Of a stretch of DNA of 64,000 bases, positions 1 to 13,300 are shown in pieces (within the stretch, counting starts at the first letter, position 1; every line of letters begins with the position of its first letter). The stretch covers positions 31,372,001-31,436,000 of the forward strand of contig OY740799.1 in NCBI GenBank assembly GCA_963514005.1. Reading direction: 5' to 3'. Made by a program: the position numbers and the translations under genes. Origin of the DNA: Raja brachyura (Eukaryota). Below the pieces are notes generated by a model, which was not told the origin of the DNA, did no database searches, and saw only the letters and a program-made list of their open reading frames with translations.

Positions 1-1254
1 CTTTTGCATGGCATGTCATTGATCATATGCTCAGTAATTTTAAGTATATATTATGACTGATTATTCACATTAAAACAGTTGTAGAATTAAGTATTTTTGT
101 TTCTAACTAGTGTCAGTAGTAATTCTTCCCAAAAGAGGATTAATACAGAAAATAACTGTTTCCAATCTCGGCAATGCAATTTTGCTCTAGTTTGTTAGCA
201 GCCCATTCTGAACTTGAATGGCAGTTAGCATCTTGACATGAATTGGCATATGGCAGAATTTACATGAGTTGCTATGATAGGCTGGCATTTGAAGGAGGCT
301 TTATCAAATATAGGTAGGGATAATGTTCACCCTATTCTGATCCCATAAACTGTTGTAATTCCAATAAATAAAATACAATCTTTAATGGGTCTGGTAGTTT
401 TTTTTCACATTGACAGCATGGCAGATTTAGTTTCACTTCATGTCAAATTAAGTATTTTGGTTTCACTGTTGGCTAAATTGAGATTGGCCAATACTATTTT
501 GCAAGCAGAAAGTGTTTATTACATTGGGCTACTTAAAACCTTGGTCACCGAGGTGAAAAAAGCTGCATGGTAATTCTTATAAAGTAGTGGTTTAGAATTC
601 TCATATAGACGGAATTTAACATTTCTTTGGGTCTTACATCACTGTTGGGTCCTTTGGGTTGTGGGAAAAGGAGAGCTTGATAGTGGGAGCTATTTAGGGA
701 AATGGTTAACTGCCAGTTGTGTGATCGATGATGAGGACTCTGATTGCCAATTGGTAGGGTAGGTTTGGTCATGAGTAGATGGCAAACATGAAGGGTGGAG
801 ACAATAGGTTATTAATGTAGGATAGTGAGGGAGGGGTTTTGTGGGGAAGGGGTGCAATTGAAGGAGAGTGGAAAACACAATTAATGGGGTTTTAGAGGCA
901 GACAAATCTTTAATTCATGCCAAAGCAGGCTTCATAGGTCCATTGAAGCCTGCATCTGCTGGTGAACTCAGATACACCTCAGAAGCATGGAGGAAAATTG
1001 AAGGAAATCTCCAGAAATGTATTCAAATTTTTTTTTTAGAGGAATTGTGTCAAGTAGTGCAAATGACCATGGTGCTTTGTTGACTAATTATTAGTTAAAT
1101 GTGTTAACCCACCCAGCACCCAATCATTGTTTAGAATGATTTTCATGTTGTTCAATTAATTTTATACAAAGAATTATGAAAAGAACAAATCAATATTGCA
1201 ATGTGAATGTACATCATGATACATGGAACCTGCTACAGTATAATTTGTACAAAC

Positions 1255-1365
1255 CTCATCACAGGTTGAATTAGAAAAGCATGTAAATTCTGTCTTTACC
1301 ACCGTGCCACCTGAACATCTGTAGTGAATACATGTATTATTGGGATCAGACCATTCATCACCATC
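1255..1365 (-). CDS. Mucin exon, VWC-like start (DGDEWSDPNNTCIHYRCSGGTVVKTEFTCFSNSTCDE)
   Basis: 111 nt, phase 0-0; acceptor tttttcag, donor GTTTGT; G-x-x-W...C-x-x-x-x-C pattern. Confidence 0.85.
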
Positions 1366-4300
1366 CTGAAAAACAAATGCAGAAATATCAGCGATTGTCA
1401 ACCTGAGTCGCGAAAAGCTCTCTCAAAGATGTTATGTGGGTTGTGGCTGTAAATATTCATGTGGTAAACACAGCTCCACTGATTGCCAAGGAAGCCAACC
1501 TCAACTGAAGTATTAGTAAAATCAGTACAATTATTTGCTGTGAGTTGCAGTGGTAAAATCAGCTAAGTTTTTCCGTTCCAAAGTAATAAGTGTGGATGTC
1601 AGACAGAAAATTGATAACTCTGGTGTAATTTTCCACATCTTGTTACCATCATTGTCAAACTTCTGATATGAATCTTGATGTTTATCAGAAGATGCTGCAG
1701 GATAGGAACTGGCTTTAATTAATGCCCCTGCATAAATGAAAGCATTGTGAAAACAATGATTGCAGATTGATAACTGCAAAAAAAACCGGAAAATATATTT
1801 AGAAAAAATTGTGAGAAATTTGTTAAAGCTTTGTATTTCAGCTGAAAAATGATATTATGCTATGAAAATCAGTTCATGTTTGAAAGTAATCTTTGGCAGG
1901 GCATAGCATAAGCTATAACTTATATCTTACTTAGAGTATGCTTTCTTTGCCCAAATGTTCAGCAATACTTCCAGGAGAGTACTTAAGGAAGTGATTATTC
2001 TTATTTAACGAAAACAGCTATTCAGCCTCAGAGCTCCTCTGCAGCCAGGTCTGCATCCATACAATATCTAGCCTGCTGCTCGGGGATAGTCGCTTCATAA
2101 CAGTTGATGGTTTTTCTGCGGGCTTGAGAGAAAGAGGGGCTGTGGGAAGTACTTGGTTAGTGGAGATGGAGATAGAGTATTCTGAAGGATAGAGATGAGG
2201 AGAGGAGAGTGTAGTAAGGAAGAACATCGTGAAAGGCTGTAGAGGTTGGCGTAATGGAGTGTGAAGGATGGAAGGAGATAGTTAGGAAGCAGGGGAAGAA
2301 GTGAAGGTCAATAGATCCACGAGCAAAACATGAACTACTAGAGTAACTCAGTGGGTCAGGCAGCATCTGTGGCAACAAAGGGGTGGTCAACTTGATATTT
2401 GCTCCTTTTTTCTAGAAGTGATCCAGCGACCAGGCCAAATGGATGTTGAAGGAGGAAACACTGGGCAAAGGCTTCCGTACATAAACCCACCGCTGTGTAT
2501 ATTGAGTGCATATGTCTTGATAGGCACCTGGTTCTTGTCCACACAAATGTATGTCTTAACATTCATGTATCAGGCTTTATACCCCCTCCTCCTACCACTG
2601 TATCAAAATATTACTATGTAAGCCCACGTGGTTGCTGGGGTGCATTGGCTATCCCAAGTTAAAATAAGTCACAGATTGACAACTTCCATCCCTCAATATG
2701 ATGTTGAGGACCTGGACATTCCCAACAGAAACAGAACTGGAATACACTTTGCTATCATTGTCCAAGAATTCAGATACCTGATACTTACATCACTGCTCTG
2801 CGGGTTTCATGATTTGGACAGCATGAAGTATGAGGGAGTAGGTACATCACCATAGTCATAGACATATAGCATGGAAACAAGTCATTCGACCCATTTGGTC
2901 AATGCCGAACAAGATGCCCACCCAAGCTACTCATTTACCTGCACCTGGCCAATATTTCCCTAAAGCTTTCCTATCCATGAACTTGTCCAGATGTCTTTTT
3001 AATGTTGCCATCATACCTGCCTTAGGAACTTCATCTGGCAGCTTCTTCCACATACCCACTATCCCCTCTGTGTTTCCTCTTAGCCTCGTGTACTACAAGT
3101 GCGAGATTGTCCAAGCGTTCTCTGTTCCAATCAGGTACCCAATTAACCAGTTCTCCCTGGGTTTCATGTAATCTAATCTTTCAGAGCGGCCTAGCATGTG
3201 GAATAGCCTATATCAATGGCCCTGTCATCATCAACTTGTTTGGTTTCTTCTTCCAAAACCTCAATCAAATTTTTGAAACACAATTTCCCACATACAAAAC
3301 TAGGCTGACTATCCAGAATCAACCCCAGTCTATCCAAATGCTTCTTCAGAATCATCTCCTGTAGCTTTCCTACCACATATGTTAAGCTTAAGGGCCTGTG
3401 ACACTTAGGCAATGTTTTAGGCAACTGTCATAGTCGTAGCAGGACGCCGAAAAACCGACAACGACAACAACCTACAACCTAGTCGATGTCCAGCTACGGC
3501 AAGCAACCTACAACCGGTGACCCATTAGGACGTCCACCTACAACCACGCCTATGTCAACCTGCGACAAGCTACGATCCTGTCAGCGACAACTGAAGACAA
3601 TTCAATCGGCGGGACCTGTGGTTGTAGGTAGTCGCCAATGGAATGCACCGAAGTCAGCACCTGCGACAACCTACGTCATCCTGGCGACAACCTACGTCAT
3701 CCTGGCGACAACCTGCGACAGCACCTACGCCAGGAGAAGTCAAGCTATGCTCATTTGCGTCAAGGCCATTGTCGCCAAAAAAATTTGAACATGAAAATCC
3801 AGCGGCGACCAGAAAGACGCTACGACTCTTTGGGCGACTGAGGAGACTACGACCATACAGGCGACACCCCGGTGACCATGTGGCCACAGCCCAGTCACCT
3901 GTAGTCACCTAAAAAATAACCTGTGGGCCAGGTCCTTTCTCAGGTTTTCTTTTTAATCCTTCTTCATTAGAGGCAAAATATTATCTACCCTCCAATCTTC
4001 CCGCACCCTACCTGTGCCATAAGAAATGATTCATATATCTCAGTTTGGACTCCTGCAATTTCTTCCCACAATGCTCCTGAATAAATCTGATCAGGCCCAG
4101 AGATTATGTACTTTTGGGATCAGTAAGCTGGAAAATGAACCCTTTTTAATAGGTTAAGTTATGTTATCAAAAATTAGGTTGTCTGGTGGCTCATGGAGTT
4201 CCCCTCTAAATCTTGCAGCACAGAGTTGCTATAAGCATGTTTTGACAAGAGCCAAACACAAGACCTCACGGCAATATCCCTGATCCAGATAATAACAACT

Positions 4301-7300
4301 ATTATATTAGATAATCATATGCATGAGAGACCACAAGAACGTCTGTATGATCATCTTTGAGGTCCAATTCAATTAGTAATTTTCAGAGATAATTTTAACA
4401 TCTGAGAATCCAGAACCTTCAAAAAGCCAGTTGAACATAACGAGCCAAATTAACATAATTATAATAGTGCAATTTTACTAACAGACTATATAACACCAGA
4501 GTTCATTATTGCAGATTTAAATGTATATTCTGACCTCCAAGTAATGAATTCTGAGTAAGGAAGGAAATTGAAATAAAAATTAAGACGTGTAATCAGTCTC
4601 AATAATCTTAATATGTTATCCATTCCCTTATGATGTTTTGCCCTGATATTTGCCCACACAAAATAATTTTACTTAAAATAAAAGTATCAGAAAAAATGAA
4701 ATATTTTTCATGCACTCACATTTTTGAAGTTTCCTGAGTAATCTGTGCATCCTGTAGGAAAGAGAGACGTGGAATTACTAAATTTGTGTTACATTTTCAA
4801 GTCGTAGGAAGACTTTATCAAAATTATATTTTATAATTTTTTACTGTTTTGTGGAAATATAACTTACTACTACATGAAGGAACACATTGTGTCGCATCTT
4901 CAGATAGCATCAATCCCTCTGGACAGAAGCAACCTTCAGTCGGTTCAGAGAACACTTCTCCAGTTCTCATAAAACTGTAAATAAATATGGTTATCTGTTA
5001 TGGTGCTAAATATTACAGCAAAGAAGGACATCTAATATTACCAAAAAAATTATCTATACTTATATTGAAAACATTTTGAATAACAGAAAATATATAACAA
5101 AATACTTACTTGTCTGTACAATAATTGTGATTGTTGGTGGCACACGGTCTATAGATGAAACCATAAGGACAGGTGTAGCCTGAAAAGAAATAAATAAATA
5201 ATGTTAGGCACAAAGACACAAATCTTAATCCACATATCTACATGTCATTAGTGCCGGCCTGTGTGATTTAATATAAGTTCAGTGTGAAATAAAACTATTG
5301 CCACAAAATATTGGTGTTACAACTGAAAATACTTTGGGGAAATATTTGGATTTGATTATCAGACCTTAATGGATGCAGGAGTATCTGGCAATGTCCCATC
5401 TCTGTTCATCCAGTTCCACTGATATCCATTAGGCATGGGCAAGAACAATTAGTGGACAGTGGTTGGATTCTCATTTATCACAGGCGGTCAAAATATATTT
5501 CCCCTGATTATCAGTCAATGAAAGTAAGAATGTTCAAGAAGGAACTGCAGATGCTAGAAAATCGAAGGGAGACAAAAGTGCTGAAGAAACTCAGTGGGTG
5601 CGGCAGCATCTATGGAGCGAAGGAAATAGACAACGTTTCGGGACGAAACCCTTCTTCAGACTGATGTAGGGTGGGGGGTCGGCGGAAAGAAGAAAGGAAG
5701 AGGAGGAGCCCGAGGGCTGCGGGAGAGCTGAGAAGGGGAAGAGACAGCAAGGGCTACCCTAAATTGGAGGTCAATGTTCAAGCCGCTGGGGTGCAGATTG
5801 CCCAAGCGGAATATTAGGTGTTGCTGCTCCAATTTCTGGTGGTGCTCACTCTGGCCATGGAGGAGGCCCAGGACAGAAAGGATTTGGATTTGGAATGGGA
5901 GGGGGAGTTGAAGTGCTGAGCCACAGGAAGATCAGGTTGGTTAATGTGGACCGAGCGGAGGTGTTTAGCGAAACGAACGCCAAGCCTACGCTTCTTCTCT
6001 ATGATGTAGATCAGCTGACATCAAGAGTAGCGGATGCAATAGATGAGGCTGGTGGAGGTGCAGGTGAACCTCTGTCGTACCGGGAACAACTGCTTGGGTC
6101 CTTGAGTCGAGGGGGGTGGTAAAGCGACAAGTGTAGCAAGTTGGGTGGAAGGTGAGGACTGGGGGACTCTGGCCTTGTCCCGAGTGGGGGGTGGGGAGAG
6201 AGGGCAGTGTTGCGGGGTATTGAAGAGACCCTGGTGAGAGCCTCATCTATAGTAGGGGAGGGGAACCCCTGTTCCCTGACGAATGTGGACATTTCCGGTG
6301 CCCTGGTGTAGAACATCTCATCCTGGGAGCAGATGTGCCGTAGACGGTGGAACGGGGAGTAGGGGATGGAGTCCTTACAGGAAGCAGGGTGGGAAGATGT
6401 GTAGTCTAGATAGCCATGGGTGTCAGTGGGTTTATAGTGGATGTCGGTCAGAAGTCTATCACCTGCGATGGAGATAGTGAGTTGGTAAGAAATGGTAGGG
6501 AAGTGTCAGAAATGATCGAGGTGTATTTGAGTGCTGGATGGAAGTTAGTGGTGAAGTTGATGAAGTCAGTGAGTTGTGTGTGGGTGCAGGAGGTAGCACC
6601 AATGCAATCGGCAATGTGGCAGAGGTAGAGGTTGGGGATGGGGCCCTGGTACGTCTTGAACAAGGATTGTTTGACGTACCCTACAAAGAGGTAGGCATAG
6701 CTGGGGCCTATGCGCATGCCCATAGCTACGCCTTGTATTTGGAGGAAATAGGAGGAGTCAAATGAAAAGTTATTAAGGATAAGGACCAGCTCCACTAGGC
6801 GGAGGAGAATATCTAGAGACTTCAAGTACAGCAGGAAGTGAGGAGAGCAAATGACATGTTGGCCTTTATAACAAGAGGAGTTGAGTATAGGAGCAAAGAG
6901 GTCCTTCTGCAGTTGTATAGGGCCCAAGTGAGAACACACCTGGAATATTGTGTGCAATTTTGGTCCCCTAATTTGAGGAAGGACATTCATGCTATTGAGG
7001 GAGTGTAGCGTACCTTTACAAGGTTAATTCCCAGGATGGCTTGACTGTCATATGCTAAGAGAATGGAGCAGCTGGGCTGGGTGTGGAGTTTAGAAGGGCG
7101 AGAGGGATCTTATTGAAACATCTAAGATTATTAAGGTTTTGGACACGCTAGAGGCTTGGTTCCCAATGTTGGGGGAGTCCAGAACCAGGGGCCACAGTTT
7201 AAGAACGAGGGGTAAGCCATTTAGAACGGAGACGAGGAAAAACTTTTTCTCACAGAGAGTTGAGTCTGTGGAATTCTCTGCCTCAGAGGGTGGTGGAGGC

Positions 7301-10300
7301 GGTTCTCTGAAAACTTTCAAGAGAGAGCTAGATAGGGCTCTTAAAGATTTCGGAGTGAAGGGATATGGGGAGAAGGCAGGAAAGGGGTACTGATTGGGGA
7401 TGATCATATTGAATGGCGGAGCTGGCTCGAAGGGCCGAATGAACTATTCCTGTACTTATTGTCTATTACTGGATTCAAAGCTTTTTATATAATGGAGGAG
7501 CAAAACAAAAAAACTTCCATCAAATTACAGGGTTATTTTCTTCAGTGTCTGATTGTCCGATATATTGTCTGATTTTTATTTCAAAGTGTTAATGAGCACA
7601 ATTAAGATAATATTCTTTATTCCTAATTATATAGATTTATTAGGGCAAGTTTTCTTCCTTGCTATAGAAAAATAATGCGGTAATTTTGGTCGCCCAATTA
7701 TAGGAAGGATGTCAACAAAATAGAGAGGGTACAGAGGCGATTTACTAGAATGTTGCCTGGGTTTCAACAGCTAAGTTACAGAGAGAGGTTGAGTAAGTTA
7801 GGTCTTTATTCTCTGGAGCGCAGAAGGTTAAGGGGGGACTTGATAGAGGTCTTTAAAATGATGAGAGGGATAGACAGAGTTGATGTGGACAAGCTTTTCC
7901 CTTTGAGAATAGGGAAGATTCAAACAAGAGGACATGACTTTAAAATTAAGGGACAGAGGTTTAGAGGTAACATGAGGGGGAACTTCTTTACTCAGAGAGT
8001 GGTAGCGGTGTGGAATGAGCTTCCAGTGGAAGTGGTGGCGGCAGGTTCGTTGGTATCATTTAAAAATAAATTGGATAGGCATATGGATGAGAAGGGTATG
8101 GAGGGTTATGATATGAGTGCAGGAGGGGGGACTAAGGGAAAAAAGTTGTTCGGCACGGACTTGAAGGGCCGAGATGGCCTGTTTCCGTGCTGTAATTGTT
8201 ATATGGTTATATGGTTACTTGCATAACATAGAGGTGAAAGATAGAAAGAAATGCAGTGAGAGGGGGTTAGAAACAATGCAAGTTCAATCCTGTATTTTCC
8301 TCTCTCCCCTTGGCGATTGAAGGATTTGCCAACCACCTCCTTAAATCCTCTGATTTTTGTTGTGTAGATAAGCCAACAGGAGTTTGCTGTGATTTTGCCA
8401 CTCTCCATTATTTGGTTTTGGATGAGCCCATAAGATCTCATAAGGCCCCAAAGGTGGTGTGTGCCAAATGTATGGGTTAAGCACTGAACTGAATTCCTAA
8501 GTTTGCCAAATTTAGAACCCATTATGGAAAACCAATGTGTCAAGGCAAAATGTTGGCATAAAATGAGGAGGAGGGTGAGAGAAAATCAAATAATTGTGTA
8601 TTGAATTCGGTCATGTAGAAATAATTGTAAATTATTTGGAACCATGCTTATTTTTTTGGCGACTGAAATAATTCAGACAATTTGTAAAGAATGAAATGAT
8701 TTGAACCCACCAGTTCTGTATATTAGTCTGAAATTATTTTTACATTGATAATTTAATACTTAAGTGTAACTGCACAGTTCCACAATACTCACTGCATGAT
8801 CCATTTGTAGATTGTCTCCAGTCAACGCAAAATCCAAGTGCATTACATCTCAAGGCAGCTGCTTCCAGGCTGGAACATTCTTCAAATGTGGCGTTCCAAC
8901 AGTTGTCATCCCGACATGCCTCAAAATAGTGCGAAAGTGAATTGAGGCTTCTGCAACTTTGGAATGAACTGCATAATACAGACATAAAATAAGTTGTTAG
9001 TTACACAAAAGCAAAATCATTTTCTGTTGAATAAAAATCCGCCGTGATGAAAAATGTATTTTATGAGGAACTGGTGTAAAATAGATCTTGTTTCTTTTTT
9101 TCAAGCATAAGGTTATATTTAAAAGGGTTAATGTTTGTTGTAAAAATTCTGAACAATTGTTAAATGATTTTAAATCACAAGTATTGTTTCATTCGTTTCA
9201 GGTATAGCTCATTTGTTAATATTCCTACTTAAAAGCCAAATTGGAGGTGCCCGAATCTATCCCAAAAACTCAAGGTTTGAACTGTTCTTCGTTACTTAGG
9301 ATTGCTGGGCTATTGTAGGTGGTACTTTTTGAATGGGATGAAATATTATGCTTTTTCAAATGGAAAAGAAATAACGGGATTATACTAGTTTCAGGGAAGG
9401 CTGCTAAATTTCCCCTAAGTCCATATTATTTCTTTATCTAACATCACAGTGTAAAAACTTGACTGATAAAGCTTTTAATAGCTAATAGAGCTTTTAAACT
9501 TACAATTTCCCATTGCAAATTCTCCTCAATTACTGACAAAGGAATCTTCTGAGTTTTAATAATGGTAGGCTAATATGAAATAATTTGGTATATGTTTATC
9601 AAAGGTACTGTAGGGTCATCACCCAACCTTTCAATTACAGCCAATAAACATCACTGAGATTAAAAGCAAATTAAGATTTTGATTAAACATTTTCTTTCAA
9701 ATGCATTGTGATTGGTGCTGGATAAAATATGACAACAGTACAACAGAACAAAAAAGTGTATTTTTGGTGTGGTTTGCAACAGTAAAGCTTAAGTAAATAT
9801 TTTGCAGATGAACTTTGTATCAGTGATAATATTAAAATCTATAAGTTTTCTTCAGTCTATCTTTTCAGGAATCCTGAGTTATTTTGTATAAATTTCTTAT
9901 AGGAAACCTTGCCACACGAAAAGTGGATGGCTGGCCTTATCCAAGCAGGACAGTTATGATTGATGGATAATTTATGCAGAAAATCAGAAACCAGGCCGGT
10001 TGATAAAATGTAAAGTTACCTATCACAAATGAATTTGATGAAGAGTTGTTAGAAAATATTTGCTATATATTTTAAAACATGAAATAAGTAATTTTTAAAA
10101 TAAATCTTTGATTTCAAGGTATGACATAAAATGTTACATACCCTCCAAATAAAGCATCACATATAGGCTTCTCATATTCACATGGTGGAGGAGGAGTTGG
10201 TGGAGTACAATGCCGATATGTAGGTAGATCTGTGCAATGTTTTTTATTTGTATAAGAAGTTTTCCACTCATGAGCTGTTTCAGAACAACAGTCAGTGGGC

Positions 10301-13300
10301 TCTATCATCCCATTCTTTCTCTTGCAGTCATCAGTTTGTTGATTAGAAATAGAACCTATGAAATGGAAATAAGTTGCATTAATTAAAACAAATCCTTTGA
10401 CATTACAAAATTAAGTGAGATTTTTGACAAATGAATGAATGAATCATTCAATAAATCAATAATTGAATGATTTATTGAAATGTTATTGTCACATGTACCG
10501 AGGTACTGTGAAATGTTTTGTTTTGCAGACAACCTAGTGTCGTCACATTTTGGCACGAGGCAGCAGGTCTCCCATCCCCACCAGGTACCCGTTCTTGGCA
10601 GCCCCCTCCCTATCTGCCGGGTCCCCCCTTTTTTATACCCCCCCCCCGGGCCAGGTAGCTCTCAATGGTCCCCTTGCTTTCCGATGACCTTCCTCGCTCT
10701 ATAGCAGAGCCTTAGTGAACTGATGGCATTTACATTTGTAAATGTGAAGAAATATGCCATTTATCCAAAAATGCAAGTCCCAAACTTCCTGACAGATTCT
10801 TTACTGTATGCATAAATTTTGTGCTCTTACGCTAAGAATTTAAACTGCACTTATGCTACGAAATTTGCTCTTGGATCTTGCAGCACATTAAAGTTGTGTT
10901 GCAGGGAAGAAAAAGTTAGCTACCATTCTTAAATTATCCATGTATCAATTTGTTATTTTAGCAATATTTTGAAGTGCTTTTTTAACTTTTAAAAAATTCA
11001 GTTTTTTTTCATTTTGAGAAAAATGTTTTTAGATGGCAATATTTGACTGTTTCGATAGACAGTAAGGATGGAGGCATAGCAATCTCATCTATCAAAAGTT
11101 TCTGCAGCAGTTTCATCAATTGGCCACGCCCTGACCCACCAGAAGACAAGGTAACATTGGGTCTCACTGATCAGGTCTGCAAAACCCTTGAATGGCCTTA
11201 CAGATTCAAACTATCCTGGTATTTCTTGGCGCCAATGGCGGTTGTTGGCCCTCACTTAGTAAAATGTAAGCGGATATTTTACATCTTAATCTTTGTTTCT
11301 AATGCCCATGCAGGCCATATGTACAAAAATATTAAGGTTTATGAAGCTCTAAGGAAGGAATATAGGGAAAAAAGTAAAAACATAGAGTACACCATGCTTA
11401 TGTTAGCTTATACGTATGTGTTATAAATAGCCATTGTGTCACTTCTTTGCTAGAGGAATACAAAAATGAGTGTATTACCCTGTACTCTCGCCAAGCTTAA
11501 TGCTACTCTCATTAATTAGATTTATATTCTTATTAACAACATCCTATCTCATACCACATTGTCCTTGTATTTTATCCTTGAAAAGCGAATTTGATAATTT
11601 GATTCGTAAGTGTCTTCGGTTTGCTGAAATGACGGTTCGAATGGAAGGAATCTGAACTCGTATAAAGGAACACCGTTTTGAAATGTAAAATCCTTCTGCA
11701 TAAAAAGGTAGACTGACAGATTCTCCATTGATTTTCACCTGTCAAGAATAGATGGAAACATGTTGAAAATCGTTTGAAACCTCTACATGAGAAAATTATT
11801 ATCACATTATGTCGAATAAATTATAATTATAACTTCATAGTCAGTATTCTGGAAGAAAATATGATAGCCTCAGTAATACATGGGGCCAGTTTTAGTTGAG
11901 TATAGTTTGGAAGAAGTTTAAGACAAACTTACTGCAGCAAAAATAAAGCCTTCTAAGCAACTTATGAACCTGATTTTAAAGTTGCAAGCAGATATTTCTG
12001 TAGGAATCCATTATAACTGTAACAAGTGGAAGGAAAGTTGCTAGCATATCTTATCTTCTACTCAGTCAATGGACTTCCAAAAAGGTTGAGCAAAATAGTG
12101 TTGTTGTGCTGCAAGGAGGGACTCAATACACTTTGCAGTAGAACAGTAGAGAGCAGGCACAGACCCTTCCGCTCACAATGTCTGGGCTGAACATTGTGCC
12201 AAGTTAAACTAATCTGCAAGTGATCCAAATCCCTCCATTGCCTGTATATCCATGTGCCTATCCAAAGCCTCTTAAACAACACTAACAAATCTGCCTTCAT
12301 CACTATCCCTGGAAGCTGGTTTCATGTACCCGTCACTCTCATTGTAATAAAACTTGTTCCCCACATCTCCCTTAAACTTCACACCTCTCATGTTAAAGCT
12401 ATGCCCTTAAGTCTTTGAAATTTTCATCCTTAGGGAAAAAAGATTATGACTGTCCACCACATCTACGCCTCTCATAATTTTACATGCTTTAAGATCTCTT
12501 TTCAGCTCTGTCCCTCCAGAGAAAACAATCCGTTTTTCCAACCTCTCGTTATGGCTAATACCTTCTAATCTAGGCAGCATTTTCGTAAACCTCTTTAAAG
12601 CCTCCACATCCTTCCTGTATGTGCAGTCCAGAGTTGCACACAATACTCCAAATGTGGTCTAACCAAAATCCTGTAATGATTTGTTAAGGAGATTTTAGAG
12701 TACTGAGGAAAGATTTCAGCGAGGATCTTAAACGATTGATGGGATCAGGCAGGTAATATTCATAGTGAATGTACATACAGATATTAGTACTTACATCATT
12801 TTGCCTTGGTGATACATGTATCGTGGTTCCATTGTAATGAATAATTATTGATTTCTCACAGGATTTATATGCTGATGGATGACAGTTCTGATTATCAAGG
12901 ATCACAGAAAAATTGTATATTGGGATAATTTCTTCTACAAGAACGTATGAACAATCTTCAAAAAACTTGTAGAATACACCCTCGAAGGTACGATAATGTT
13001 TTCTTCCCCATACATAGCATACAGCTAAAATTTAAAACAGATATTGATTTTTAGATTCCAATTGAAAAAGCAATGGAAATGCTGATAATTACATTTTTCT
13101 ATTTGAAATTTAATGAGAAAGTAAGATGAATAGTTAAAAATATAGTTACATTGACAATCCCATTCTGAGCAGCAGCCATCTTCAGTTTTGACTCTGGTAG
13201 GTTTTAACCCACTGTAACATTGTGGCTTTGGAGTTAGTTCACAGGAAACATGTTCAATTTTGTATGTTTCTGCATAAACGCAAGTGTAGGTCGCACAATT

